DNA of 64,000 bases from a virus (IMGVR_UViG_3300046167_000585:3310-67309); one strand, 5' to 3'; positions 23,381 to 33,310 are shown, counted from the first letter of the stretch. Notes: generated from the letters alone by a model not told the origin. Numbers and translations are program-made.

Positions 23381-24871
23381 TTAATTCAATTTAAAAAAAT
23401 TTTTAATTGCATTAATATTTAATTCTTTTTGTTTTGGTTTTTTAACATAAGCAGGTAATGGATTATCGTCTCTACCCCATAATTGTTTAGCTTGTTCATA
23501 CCCTGCATCAGTTTGCCAATAAGAGGATTTTTCATCTACATCATAATATCCTTGTTTATTTCCTTTAGCATCTAATGCTCTTTTAAAACCTGGTATTTCT
23601 CCATAATCTACAGTTAAACTTTTTAATTTTCTATTATCTTTTATTTTTTCATCAGGACTCATATGAGGTTTATATTTAAAAAGTCCTTTATTACTTTCTA
23701 TTGAATATTGTTCTGCTTTTTCTTCGTTTCTTTTAATTTTTTTATCTGACCCTGATGTTTCACTTGATGTATATTTTCTTTGATAAGGTTTAATTTTCTT
23801 TGAATCTTTATTAAAATATTTTTCAGCTAACTCCATGCCTTTTAATGCAGAAGTTCCTGAACCTTTAATAGGCGTTCCAAATTCAGCGTATTTAGTATTT
23901 TTATCATCAAATAAATCTTCTGCTTTTTTAAATCCTCTAGAAGTGTTATTACCAGAACCTACAGGCAAATTTTTTGAACTAGGTAATCTTCCTTTTTCTG
24001 ATTGATAACCAGTAGCATCACGAATAGATTGAGCATTAGGGTCTAAAGATAGTTTAAACTTTTTATCTAATCTATCTCGATCAAAAATATTTGCCCAGTA
24101 ACCTTTACCTTCAGGGTGTCTTGAACCCATATTAACATTTTTAGTCATTGCAGCTAAATCTTTAAGTCTAATATTATCTGCAGCAATTTTTTCCATAGAA
24201 GCCTGATCTGTATTGAGTATTCGATCAGTTAATGCAGCATCTATTCTAAATAATCCTTCAGGATTTTCATTTATATTTGGAAAAGTATTAGCAAAACTAT
24301 CCATGTTTTGATTAATAAATGAATCTCTAATAACATCAACATCTTCAGTATTAGAAGTGTTTGTCATAACAGATTCATATTTTTCTGGGTTTTTAGCTTT
24401 ATCTTTTAGTATTTCTATTGTTAAAGCAGATTTTTCAGCAACTGACAAATCATCTAACTTACTAACTGAAGCAGCTATATTTGCATTCATTGCTTCTATT
24501 CCTGTAGAAACAACTAATTCATTATTAGGTTTTAAAGTTTCTCCAGTATTAGATTGTAATGTAGTACTACGATAAGCAGCTATTTCACTTGCTTCTTGTT
24601 CGCTCATATGTGTACTTGTAGGTGTTAATTTACCTGCTTTAAGCAAAGCTACTACACCTTTAGAAGTATATACTCTACCATTTAATAAACTTGGTACATT
24701 AACCCATTTGCCACTATTTTCAGGATATTCTAAAGTCATAGATAACTCAGAATGCTCTTCTCCTGTTAAAGTATTTACATAAATAGGTTTACCTTCTGTG
24801 GTTACTTTGTCAGTTTTTTTAAGTTTATAATCTTTATTTAAATTTTTTAAATGTAATTTATCTGCTGCCAT
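23381..24871 (-). CDS. Hypothetical protein, possibly internal virion protein
   Basis: 496 aa, Cys-free, Lys-rich; in late operon. Confidence 0.6.
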   Translation of the reverse strand: MAADKLHLKNLNKDYKLKKTDKVTTEGKPIYVNTLTGEEHSELSMTLEYPENSGKWVNVPSLLNGRVYTSKGVVALLKAGKLTPTSTHMSEQEASEIAAYRSTTLQSNTGETLKPNNELVVSTGIEAMNANIAASVSKLDDLSVAEKSALTIEILKDKAKNPEKYESVMTNTSNTEDVDVIRDSFINQNMDSFANTFPNINENPEGLFRIDAALTDRILNTDQASMEKIAADNIRLKDLAAMTKNVNMGSRHPEGKGYWANIFDRDRLDKKFKLSLDPNAQSIRDATGYQSEKGRLPSSKNLPVGSGNNTSRGFKKAEDLFDDKNTKYAEFGTPIKGSGTSALKGMELAEKYFNKDSKKIKPYQRKYTSSETSGSDKKIKRNEEKAEQYSIESNKGLFKYKPHMSPDEKIKDNRKLKSLTVDYGEIPGFKRALDAKGNKQGYYDVDEKSSYWQTDAGYEQAKQLWGRDDNPLPAYVKKPKQKELNINAIKNFFKLN

Positions 24872-25454
24872 GCGTATTCCACTTTGCGTTTACTTTACGA
24901 TGTTTATTCCAAGCTGCAAATCCACCTAACTTTAAACCATAATAAGCTAAGTAATTAATTAACCTGAAGCCATTTTGTATTATGTTTACATCTCTAAATA
25001 TAATGTCTAATTGCTTTTGAGTTTTCATGCCAATAGTCTTCTTTTTACCTTTACATAATAAGGTTTGGTATTTATAACCGTAGTCATGTATTAAACCTCC
25101 AACTAATAATACACCCATTGGTGATAACCAAGTATGTAAGAATTTAGGTACTGATGCTCCATCAAATACAAATCCTTTAGGTATTACTAATTCTTGACCA
25201 TCAATAACATAGTGATAATCTTTAACAATTTCCCACTTACGAGATACAAATAACCAAACTTTAAGTCCTCCCCAAAAGCCTTTACCTTTAGTAGGTATAG
25301 GAATAGGTTTCATATGTGGCATACTAATTGCTTTAAACTTTAGATTAGGTTCTACATCTCTATCTAAGAACTTCCATAGACCTCCAATAATTATTAATAT
25401 AATTACTAAACTAAACTGCCAAAATTGTAATGCGTAAGTCGTTAATGTTTCCAT
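24858..25454 (-). CDS. DUF1353-like membrane-anchored protein
   Basis: N-terminal TM; IPKGFVFDGASVP and LIHDYGY motifs. Confidence 0.8.
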   Translation of the reverse strand: METLTTYALQFWQFSLVIILIIIGGLWKFLDRDVEPNLKFKAISMPHMKPIPIPTKGKGFWGGLKVWLFVSRKWEIVKDYHYVIDGQELVIPKGFVFDGASVPKFLHTWLSPMGVLLVGGLIHDYGYKYQTLLCKGKKKTIGMKTQKQLDIIFRDVNIIQNGFRLINYLAYYGLKLGGFAAWNKHRKVNAKWNTHGSR

Positions 25455-25455
25455 A

Positions 25456-25887
25456 TCACTTCCCCTTTGCTAATTGTGCGCCAAAATAAAATTCTATAAT
25501 CATACTTGCCCAGGCAAATATCTCGTCATACTTAATTAACCCGTTTATTACTTCATACTCTATTACATCTTGTGTTAAGTTAATTCCTAGTATGCTAAAT
25601 CCTTTATGTACTATCGGTACTGCTGTAGGTATATTAAACCATACGGGTGCTATCTGCGTAAATATTATTAGTCCTAGTATAGTTAATATAATAATTCGTC
25701 TATTCCAAGCAGCCATAGGGCTTTCTTTATCTGCCCAAGTTCTAGCTTGATTAATAGAGTCATTGCGTGCTTGCATGTTCTCTATCATCAGCTTTTGTTG
25801 ATCTGAAGCTGCTTGACTCTTCAGAGCTATAAGCTTAGCAATAAAACCTAATGCTATTGGAGCTATATTTGTTATAAAAGCTATCAT
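25456..25887 (-). CDS. Putative holin-like membrane protein
   Basis: Three hydrophobic segments; ends IIEFYFGAQ as in small phage holins. Confidence 0.5.
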   Translation of the reverse strand: MIAFITNIAPIALGFIAKLIALKSQAASDQQKLMIENMQARNDSINQARTWADKESPMAAWNRRIIILTILGLIIFTQIAPVWFNIPTAVPIVHKGFSILGINLTQDVIEYEVINGLIKYDEIFAWASMIIEFYFGAQLAKGK

Positions 25888-25888
25888 T

Positions 25889-26002
25889 TTAGCTTGGCTT
25901 TACCCATCGCTCTACTTTCCAAATAACTACATTAAAAACGTATTTAACTTTATTCATAAATGTTTGTTTTACAAATTGTCCTTTCTTGTTCTTTGGTTGC
26001 AT
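25889..26002 (-). CDS. Small hypothetical protein (37 aa, MQPKNKKGQFVK...)
   Basis: Read from sequence; AGGAG RBS; fills gap exactly. Confidence 0.55.
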   Translation of the reverse strand: MQPKNKKGQFVKQTFMNKVKYVFNVVIWKVERWVKPS

Positions 26003-26013
26003 TATATTCTCCT

Positions 26014-26202
26014 TTATAATAATTTAAGTAACAGCTCTCCTACACCAAAATCTGTTGCAATCATAACACCAAAACCTATTAACAATCCTTTACCCATCGA
26101 CATAAACTTTAGATTCATGTTTTTAATCTCTCTTACATCTTTATAGAGATCTATAATCTGTTTTTCATGTTTATCTAATTGTGCTTGTTGCTTAGCCGTC
26201 AT
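26014..26202 (-). CDS. Small coiled-coil + C-terminal TM protein (XhlA/holin-like)
   Basis: LDKHEKQIIDLYKDVREIK then hydrophobic C-terminus. Confidence 0.55.
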   Translation of the reverse strand: MTAKQQAQLDKHEKQIIDLYKDVREIKNMNLKFMSMGKGLLIGFGVMIATDFGVGELLLKLL

Positions 26203-26260
26203 TCCGCTATCTCCATTGTTAATCTCCGTTACTTGATTTTATTGTACTCATCTATAACTC

Positions 26261-26593
26261 TTATGGTTTTGGGTACTTGTCTTTGGTTGCTTTAATAGTA
26301 GCTTTCCAACCATCTATACCATTGTGGTATATATCATCTAGCTGGTCTACAATTGAAGGATATTCTAAATCTCTATCTCTTTGATATTTTGTTGCATTTA
26401 TAGATGCTATTTGTTCTGATGTTAATTCAGGTATATCCGTTATTAATGGTAAATTGTTACTGTCAAATGTTAATTTTTTTCCTTCAGGCAGCGCTTCAAA
26501 AAATGCTGATACTCTAGCATCTGTTGAAGGTATTGTGTTTGTGCCTTCTTCGTGTGCTTCAGTTTTAGTAACTGTGTCATAATATCTAATCAC
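26261..26593 (-). CDS. Fibre partner/assembly chaperone-like protein (type D partner); likely GTG start 26593
   Basis: Paralogue of 29814 ORF (RYYDT..TDARVSAFF..LTFDS.NLP; EYP.I.DQLDD.Y..KDKYPK); GTGA overlap with upstream gene. Confidence 0.7.
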   Translation of the reverse strand: MIRYYDTVTKTEAHEEGTNTIPSTDARVSAFFEALPEGKKLTFDSNNLPLITDIPELTSEQIASINATKYQRDRDLEYPSIVDQLDDIYHNGIDGWKATIKATKDKYPKP

Positions 26594-27036
26594 GCTTTCC
26601 ATCTCCCAAAAAATACCATATGAACCATTGTTGTGTAATTTGAACCACTACTACCACTTCTTAATATCCAATCAAATGTAGTAGTAGTTAAACTGTTACC
26701 AATTGTGTTGTCATCTAAACTTGCTGTGTAATGTCTACTTGCAGTAAAAACTGGATAAATATTAGATGTACTATGAAAAGCAATTGGAAAAGTATTTGTG
26801 TAAATAGGGTTTGTTCTAAACCATCCACCTCCAATATCAGCAAAACTTAAACTACTTTTTGTTTCTGTTATAAATTGAATAAGAGTGCCATCCGCAAATT
26901 TAATGTATCTGCCATTAGAATTTGTAGCAGTAGTAAGAATCCCTAAATCAGGATTACTTGTATTGACATCAGCAGTAACTACTGTTCCGTCTTGTATCTT
27001 GTTGACTCCAGTTGAGCCACTAATCTCTGTTGGCAT
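26590..27036 (-). CDS. Short fibre branch protein, tip type D (gp53-like/H-lectin-like)
   Basis: NSNGRYIKFADGTLIQ..FPIAF..FFGRWK; tip paralogous to 30167. Confidence 0.65.
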   Translation of the reverse strand: MPTEISGSTGVNKIQDGTVVTADVNTSNPDLGILTTATNSNGRYIKFADGTLIQFITETKSSLSFADIGGGWFRTNPIYTNTFPIAFHSTSNIYPVFTASRHYTASLDDNTIGNSLTTTTFDWILRSGSSGSNYTTMVHMVFFGRWKA

Positions 27037-27045
27037 TACTTACTC

Positions 27046-27363
27046 CTATGGTTTAGGGTTTGCGTCTTTTACAGCTTTAATAGCTTTGTGCCACTCACCT
27101 GTTGCGTCTAACTTACCAGCAGTCATATCGTGGTACAGTTGATCTAACTGCTCCTTGACTTCTGCATAAGCTGTTGCCCTTGTTCTTTGGTATGCGTTAC
27201 CATCATAGACACCTTGAAGTCTTGTAACCTCTGCGTCTATTTGTGATTGAGTAGGTTCAGTTTGTTTACTGTCCAGCCACTCTAATTCGTCACCTCTCAA
27301 TACCCATTCAGCTCCTGGCTTTAAAGATTGAAGGGCATCGACTGTTGTCATCTCATTTGCCAT
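27046..27363 (-). CDS. Fibre partner/chaperone-like protein (type B partner)
   Basis: ALQSLKPGAEW..PTQSQIDAE..YQRTRATAY..EQLDQLYHD..VKDANPKP. Confidence 0.7.
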   Translation of the reverse strand: MANEMTTVDALQSLKPGAEWVLRGDELEWLDSKQTEPTQSQIDAEVTRLQGVYDGNAYQRTRATAYAEVKEQLDQLYHDMTAGKLDATGEWHKAIKAVKDANPKP

Positions 27364-27393
27364 TTCTTGCTCCTGTTAAAATTAAATTAAAAA

Positions 27394-27957
27394 TCATCGT
27401 ACTTCTAGTAATGTAACGTGGTGATGATTTGCTTGTCCAAATAAAAGACTTCTACTTGATGGACTGCTCTGTATTTTTGCATAACACCTAAATTCTATTT
27501 CTGATGTAGAACCTGATGTAAAGAAAAAACCAATAGCAACATTTCTATGTCTAGTATGCCCTCCAGCATCAAGTGCGCCACCTTCTTCGTGAACTGTTGT
27601 AGTTGTGCCACCCTGTATTTTGTCAATTTTTATAGCAGCTACTACAAAGTTTTGTGAATCATTGTCAACATCACCACAGACATTTAATTCAAAATCTGCA
27701 ATTATTGTTGAACTAGATAGTGATGGTGTAATTGTTGGTCTAAAACTATTATCTATTTCAACATAAGAAGTTGAAGTTGTATTTGCTGCTGCTTTATATT
27801 TGACTTTTTTAGCTTGAATAACACTACCCGTAGGCATTTGTGCAGAGCCTAATGCTGGCAAACTAGCTGTTGTCATTCCCGATAGCTGATTCTGTAAGGC
27901 TATAGTGCCTGAACCATCTGCGGTTTCTAATTGGTCTACTTTAATTTTTGATGCCAT
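27394..27957 (-). CDS. Fibre branch protein, tip type B
   Basis: MPTGSVIQ..TITPSLSSSTI..TLLEV; tip shared with 27957 and 34060 ORFs. Confidence 0.7.
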   Translation of the reverse strand: MASKIKVDQLETADGSGTIALQNQLSGMTTASLPALGSAQMPTGSVIQAKKVKYKAAANTTSTSYVEIDNSFRPTITPSLSSSTIIADFELNVCGDVDNDSQNFVVAAIKIDKIQGGTTTTVHEEGGALDAGGHTRHRNVAIGFFFTSGSTSEIEFRCYAKIQSSPSSRSLLFGQANHHHVTLLEVR

Positions 27958-28439
27958 TAGCCTTGTACCTCCATTGCTATAAAACTAATCATTCCTCTAT
28001 CATTAGCTTGGTACTGAAAAGTACCCCCATTTGTTTTCATATAGGCTTGATAGGTTATTGCAGATGTAGTTGATGGGGAGTCTAAAAGACCCATTGCGTG
28101 TGGAGCAACAGTAAACCCTGTTGACCCAACTGTATAATGACTTTCTAAACCAAAACTACTATTACCTATATTTGTACTACCCCTATAAATAGTTACTTGT
28201 GCCATAGTATTTGCTTCAGGTAAATAACTTCCTCCTCCTTGAATTTGTAAAAGAATTTTTGAGGATGTTGATGAAGGCGTAATGGTTACACTATGTCCAG
28301 TTGCAACAAATGAATTACTAGTTGTGGTAACAGTTGATGCATCCATTCGGCTTTCAACAACTTGTAATATATGACCAGCTGGCATAGCAAGTTTATAACC
28401 AGTTGGTGCTTGTATCGCTTTAACTTCTAATGTACTCAT
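27957..28439 (-). CDS. Fibre branch protein, tip type B
   Basis: GHILQVV..ITPSSTSSKILL..LDSPSTTSAITY..AMEVQG. Confidence 0.7.
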   Translation of the reverse strand: MSTLEVKAIQAPTGYKLAMPAGHILQVVESRMDASTVTTTSNSFVATGHSVTITPSSTSSKILLQIQGGGSYLPEANTMAQVTIYRGSTNIGNSSFGLESHYTVGSTGFTVAPHAMGLLDSPSTTSAITYQAYMKTNGGTFQYQANDRGMISFIAMEVQG

Positions 28440-29017
28440 ACCACACTCCAGTTTCCGTTGACTGTGACTGTGTAGCCATCAGCGATTGTTATAGGTCCAG
28501 CACTCATACCATTAGTAGTCGATCCGATTGTAATGTTTTCACTAATAGTCTGTGCATTAGTTCGTATTATACTGTCAGTACCTAATGATGGTCCACCACC
28601 TGTCATTTCAGCCCAGGTCATACCACCAGTGTTACCAGACTGTGCTGTTAATACATAACCATTAGTAGGGGCATTACTTATTTTAAGATTAGCTTCGTCT
28701 ACTATGTTATCAGCAATAACAGTAGCACCATCAGCAGAAGATGTAACTTCACCACTATGATTAGGATGCACATAGTTATTTGCACTAGCTGCAACACCGT
28801 TAAGTTTAGTATGGTCAGCATCTGTGAATACATTGCTATCACTAGCTGCTTCTACAGCAGCTCTTATCTCAGCATTAGTTTGGTCAGCTGTAGCTGATGC
28901 TTCAATAGCATTTAACTTACTATGATCGGCATCAGTGAACTTATTAGAGTCACTAGCTCCTTCTACTGCTGCAGCTATATCTGATATACCACCGCTTGTT
29001 ACTTTAGTTAATGCCAT
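28436..29017 (-). CDS. Fibre stem protein 3
   Basis: Internal repeat AAVE.ASDSN.FTDADH.KLN; C-terminal TISENITI..SAGPITI..NWSVV motif shared with 31956 and 35382 ORFs. Confidence 0.7.
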   Translation of the reverse strand: MALTKVTSGGISDIAAAVEGASDSNKFTDADHSKLNAIEASATADQTNAEIRAAVEAASDSNVFTDADHTKLNGVAASANNYVHPNHSGEVTSSADGATVIADNIVDEANLKISNAPTNGYVLTAQSGNTGGMTWAEMTGGGPSLGTDSIIRTNAQTISENITIGSTTNGMSAGPITIADGYTVTVNGNWSVV

Positions 29018-29048
29018 TTATATCTCCTGTTAAACTGTTTTAGAGTAA

Positions 29049-29810
29049 TTAAGTAAAATATGTGCCACCTATTACTATTTGTCCATAAGCTGTAAATTCT
29101 GAAGCTTGTAATACACTAACTCCTCCAGTCACATCAAAACTATCTAGTCGAACAGATGTACCATTTTTACCTACAAATGCGTGTATTGAAGTATCAGCAG
29201 TTATTGACATATTTTCTGCATTTGACGTTGAAGCAGAAGAATGATTACCAATAGTATTAGCATTAGAAAAAGGTAAGCCTGATATGTAAACATTGCCTGA
29301 AACAGAACCTAAACCATTTGCTCTTACATACGCTGAAAAATGAACCACTCTGCCAATTTTTGTATAAAGACCAGCATTAAGAGAGTGCATAGTTGCATTA
29401 TTAGTTAAATCAGTAAGCATAGGAGTCCAAGTTCCCTCCTCATAGTCATCCAGAGCATTGGCTGATGCTGTGTCACCGTTGAATGTTAAGCCATCTGTTG
29501 TAACACGTAATTTTTCAGTACCGTTATGTTTTAATACAATTCTATTCTGACCGTCTAAAACTAAGTTAGATGAACTACCACCGCTTGCTGTTATATAGTT
29601 ATCTGAGTTTCTTGCAAATGAAATGTTATTACCGCTTGCTGCTAATGTTAAATCTGCATTAGTTCCATTAACAACTAAAGATTTAGAAGTAAACGCACCA
29701 GCACTACTTAAACTCGCTTTCTCTACTCCATTGGCTTGGAACTTTATGTCCTTAGAAGAACCATCAGCGTTTAGTGTTAGATGCTCGTCACTTGATTTTA
29801 TTGTACTCAT
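29049..29810 (-). CDS. Fibre branch protein, tip type C
   Basis: N-terminus like 33323 (L.LNADGS..DIKF..NG.E.AS.S); tip DDYEEGTWTP..YTKIGRVV..ISGLPF shared with 31092. Confidence 0.7.
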   Translation of the reverse strand: MSTIKSSDEHLTLNADGSSKDIKFQANGVEKASLSSAGAFTSKSLVVNGTNADLTLAASGNNISFARNSDNYITASGGSSSNLVLDGQNRIVLKHNGTEKLRVTTDGLTFNGDTASANALDDYEEGTWTPMLTDLTNNATMHSLNAGLYTKIGRVVHFSAYVRANGLGSVSGNVYISGLPFSNANTIGNHSSASTSNAENMSITADTSIHAFVGKNGTSVRLDSFDVTGGVSVLQASEFTAYGQIVIGGTYFT

Positions 29811-29813
29811 CTT

Positions 29814-30176
29814 TTACTCCTTCGGATATTTGTCTTTAACTGCTTTAAGTGTTGCTGTCATTGTTGAGCTAAAAGCACCAGCTTTATATAAATCATCTAA
29901 CTGGTCGCCTATCGGTGGATACTCTATTATTCTATTGTTAAGAATTGCTTGAGTATCTAATGCAGCTTGTTCTTCTGTTGTTGGTGCTGGTATTTCTGAA
30001 ATAATAGGTAGGTTATCTGAATCAAATGTAAGTTGATGATTAGCTGGTAACTCTTGAAAGAAAGCTGATACTCTAGCATCAGTCATTGGTATAGCTGTTG
30101 CTGGAACTTTGTCAGAATCTTGTTCGTGTATTTCGTTTTTTATTGCTGTGTCGTAATATCTCATAATTAACTCCAA
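29814..30176 (-). CDS. Fibre partner/chaperone-like protein (type D partner); start may be 30164
   Basis: Paralogue of 26261 ORF. Confidence 0.7.
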   Translation of the reverse strand: MELIMRYYDTAIKNEIHEQDSDKVPATAIPMTDARVSAFFQELPANHQLTFDSDNLPIISEIPAPTTEEQAALDTQAILNNRIIEYPPIGDQLDDLYKAGAFSSTMTATLKAVKDKYPKE

Positions 30177-30757
30177 ACTCCTATCGCAAATAAAACCACC
30201 CCTTGAGCATTACCTGTACTATTTACACTTAATGTCATAAATGTACAAGAACTAGTTCCAACACTTGGTGTCTTTACACTTATAGCGTTGTAATGTCCTC
30301 CTTGAGTCATACCAACAACTTTAACACTTCCAGTAAAAGCTACTGGATATGTCCAAGTGTTTGAATTACTATAATAAAATGCACCAGCAGTTGCTCCATT
30401 ATTTTGTTGACTTGTTGATAAATCAACAGTACATATCATTGTTCCATCTGCAAACTTAAAATAATTTCCATTAGAATTACTTCCGCGTGCAGCAATCTCG
30501 ACACCACCTGGAAGTCCAGTTAAGTTAGCACCACTAATAGCTGGTAATGTGCCTGTTATATTAGCTGCTGGAATAGCTGTTAAGTTAGCTGCTGATATGG
30601 CTGGTAAAGCACCAGTTAATTTACTAGCTGCTAAGTCATTTACATCAGCATCTACAATAGTGCCTGTTGCTATAGTGCCACTATCGACTGTACCATCAGG
30701 CAATCCACCAACAGATAGCCCTGTGACTGTACCTGATCCGTTAATTACTATTGCCAT
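30167..30757 (-). CDS. Fibre branch protein, tip type D
   Basis: N-terminus GLSVGGLPDG shared with 34060; LPAISAANLT repeats; tip SNSNGNYFKFADGTMIC..AIGVW. Confidence 0.7.
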   Translation of the reverse strand: MAIVINGSGTVTGLSVGGLPDGTVDSGTIATGTIVDADVNDLAASKLTGALPAISAANLTAIPAANITGTLPAISGANLTGLPGGVEIAARGSNSNGNYFKFADGTMICTVDLSTSQQNNGATAGAFYYSNSNTWTYPVAFTGSVKVVGMTQGGHYNAISVKTPSVGTSSCTFMTLSVNSTGNAQGVVLFAIGVWS

Positions 30758-30766
30758 TCGTTACTC

Positions 30767-31042
30767 CTATAATTCGTTTGCGTCTACCATTTCTTGATAG
30801 GCTGTCTTTACTGAGTCAGTCCAAGTCGCATTAGCTACTGCCTGTACTCTAGCATCTTCACCGCTAATGTCTGTGTCTGCCCAAGAGCCACTAGCTTTAG
30901 TGCTAGGTGCTACAACATGTCTGTGGAATGATGATGACAATACTGTGCCATCTTCCTTGACCCTTGTTGCTGTGCGTACTTGCACTTGCCCCATTTCCAT
31001 TACTTCAATTTTGTCTACTACTATTTCTTTTGTTAATGCCAT
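30767..31042 (-). CDS. Fibre partner protein (type C partner)
   Basis: DKIEV..QVRTAT..SFHRHVV..DISGEDARVQAVANATWT; AGGAG RBS. Confidence 0.7.
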   Translation of the reverse strand: MALTKEIVVDKIEVMEMGQVQVRTATRVKEDGTVLSSSFHRHVVAPSTKASGSWADTDISGEDARVQAVANATWTDSVKTAYQEMVDANEL

Positions 31043-31091
31043 TGCATTCTCCTGTTATTAAATGTCCGTTCTAAGAATCCACTTAGAATAA

Positions 31092-31946
31092 TTATTGGTT
31101 TGTCATATATACACAGTCAAAAGATATTTGAGCCATACTGTTCATATTTGCATCATCTCTATCTCTAATATTCATAATTGCTTCACCGTTATTCATATAC
31201 ATCATATAATCTTGGTCTTGACCGTGTGACCATAACGGTGCTAAGTTATAAGCAGCATTACTGGTATAAGGTAATCCACTAACAGACCAAGAACTTCCAA
31301 AAGTACCACTTGCACCATTACAATAACCAGTAATTTTTACAATGCTTCCTATCTTTACATAGCTAAAGTTCATTTGAGTTGAAAATGCTATATTGCCACT
31401 ATAAACTGGAGTCCAAGTGCCTTCTTCATAACTGTGTAATACTTCAGAATCTGTTGATGAGTTAGTTGCACTTGAGTCAGGATTAGCACTAAAATCAATT
31501 CCTTTACCGCTTGTGCCTAAAACTAAGTTTCCACCTGTTATAGTTACATTGCCTACATGGTCAATAATTACTTGTTTACTAGTATCATTGCGAGGCATAA
31601 AATAAAGTTTATCGGTTGAATTATTTTCACCATACAATATTGATGCTTCGCCATTTCCACCTTTAAATCTAATACCAGCAGCACCTGAAGCATGTGTATT
31701 TTCAATTAAAAGATTAGTTGCATTGCTTCTTATTTGATTAGCGTTTCTCGCAACATTAAGCGTATGTGATAACAACCCAGTCATTGCACCACCAGCTAAA
31801 GGTAGTTTATTAGTTACATCACTATTGACAGCAAGTGTATCTGTAGAATCAGGTAGTGTAATCGTTCTGTCTGTATTGCTACTAGGAGTAGTAACTGTAA
31901 AAGTACCAGTTCCTGTACCGTGACCTTCAATTTTTACTTTTGACAT
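31092..31946 (-). CDS. Fibre branch protein, tip type C
   Basis: N-terminus like 34693 (K..G..G.....P......TLP.S..TLA..SD); tip YEEGTWTP..YVKIGSIV..SGLPY. Confidence 0.7.
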   Translation of the reverse strand: MSKVKIEGHGTGTGTFTVTTPSSNTDRTITLPDSTDTLAVNSDVTNKLPLAGGAMTGLLSHTLNVARNANQIRSNATNLLIENTHASGAAGIRFKGGNGEASILYGENNSTDKLYFMPRNDTSKQVIIDHVGNVTITGGNLVLGTSGKGIDFSANPDSSATNSSTDSEVLHSYEEGTWTPVYSGNIAFSTQMNFSYVKIGSIVKITGYCNGASGTFGSSWSVSGLPYTSNAAYNLAPLWSHGQDQDYMMYMNNGEAIMNIRDRDDANMNSMAQISFDCVYMTNQ

Positions 31947-31955
31947 TTATATCTC

Positions 31956-32798
31956 CTAAGCTATAACCCAGGTACTACCTGAGGGTATTGTAACACTAAT
32001 CGAGCTGTTAATCGTTATAGGTCCTGCTGATAATGCGTTATTGTTATTACTAATTGTATAATCTGCTGAAATAGTATTAGCCATTTCGTATAATCCTTTA
32101 GTTGTTGTATTAGCATCTGTATCTAATACTCCCCAGGATGCTGCAGATCCATTAGTTGTTAAATACTTGCCGTTATTACCACTTTGTGACGGTAAAGCGT
32201 CTACTGCTGCCCATGTTAGTCCTCCTGTATTTCCAGACTGAGCAGATAAAAACTGTCCATTAGTAGGTGTGTTAGATACTTTTAAATTAGCTTCATCAAC
32301 TACATTATCTGCAATAGTTAGTGCAGTTGCTCCCGTTACTTCACCTGTATGTGTAGCATTTGCTGTTTTAGCTGTATTTGCAGCAATCTCTGCATTGATA
32401 GAATTAGCTAGTTTATCTGCAGTCACTGCATCGTCAACTATTTTAGCTGTTGTTACTGCATTGTCTGTAAGGTGAGTACTATTAACTGTATCTGTAGAAG
32501 GTACTCCTATATCTACGCTTTGACCTTGATAAACTGCCCAAAATGTGTCACCACTTGCTGGTGGAGAACTAAATACTACATTAGACCCAGATACTTTAAA
32601 ACCATTTGCACCAGTATCATCTGGTTCTTGCATTACTCCATTTACACCAACTAGTAATTGTCCTGACTTAGCAGGAGTTATTGTGATCCCTCCTGATGCT
32701 AATGCAAAAGAAGTTAATGAACCATTAAAGCTACTAGATATGTCGTCTACTATCTGGTAGTTACCTACATTAGCAGGACTGTTACCTATGTATGCCAT
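31956..32798 (-). CDS. Fibre stem protein 2
   Basis: MAYIGNSPA start; FNGSLTSF..VNGVMQEP..FSSPP small domain; C-terminal TISADYTI..SAGPITI..STWVIA. Confidence 0.7.
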   Translation of the reverse strand: MAYIGNSPANVGNYQIVDDISSSFNGSLTSFALASGGITITPAKSGQLLVGVNGVMQEPDDTGANGFKVSGSNVVFSSPPASGDTFWAVYQGQSVDIGVPSTDTVNSTHLTDNAVTTAKIVDDAVTADKLANSINAEIAANTAKTANATHTGEVTGATALTIADNVVDEANLKVSNTPTNGQFLSAQSGNTGGLTWAAVDALPSQSGNNGKYLTTNGSAASWGVLDTDANTTTKGLYEMANTISADYTISNNNNALSAGPITINSSISVTIPSGSTWVIA

Positions 32799-32801
32799 AT
32801 T

Positions 32802-33032
32802 TTACTCCGTTACTTTAGCTGCCTTTAATTCGTCAGTCGTAGTCATACTATCTACTTGATTTGTAATATCTCTGAGTCTTTGCTTTTCTGTGACAATAGC
32901 AGAAGTTGATGTACCAGCTTCTTGTGCTTTCATAAACAGAATGTCTTGTTCTTCTAATAAAGGTTTTCTGTCTACTCTAAGTCTATCTTTAGTTATAGCT
33001 TTAGCTTTAGTTATATCTACAGTAATAGGCAT
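32802..33032 (-). CDS. Fibre partner protein (type A partner 2)
   Basis: LRVDRKPLLEEQD..KQRLRDIT motif of tail-fibre-assembly-like proteins. Confidence 0.65.
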   Translation of the reverse strand: MPITVDITKAKAITKDRLRVDRKPLLEEQDILFMKAQEAGTSTSAIVTEKQRLRDITNQVDSMTTTDELKAAKVTE

Positions 33033-33310
33033 TATTTATTCTCCTTCATATTGTATTTAGCTAAGTCATCTGCACTTAAATCTGCTGAAGTCTTTTCATC
33101 AGAACCAGCAGTATATGTCCAAGCGTTTCTAAAAGACCTGTCAGACAAGTCAACATCGTCACCTATAATTTCGTACTTCGTTCCAGTAGGTAAATCTTTA
33201 TTAGCTATGTGAATCATTTTTTCTTCATCTGTACCTGTAAGCGTTTCTAAAAATTTAGATGCTGGTACTAATACTGATGCTATTCCATCATTGTTATATA
33301 TTAATCTCAT
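33032..33310 (-). CDS. Fibre partner protein (type A partner 1)
   Basis: IANKDLPTGTKYEII..DRSFRNAW. Confidence 0.65.
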   Translation of the reverse strand: MRLIYNNDGIASVLVPASKFLETLTGTDEEKMIHIANKDLPTGTKYEIIGDDVDLSDRSFRNAWTYTAGSDEKTSADLSADDLAKYNMKENK

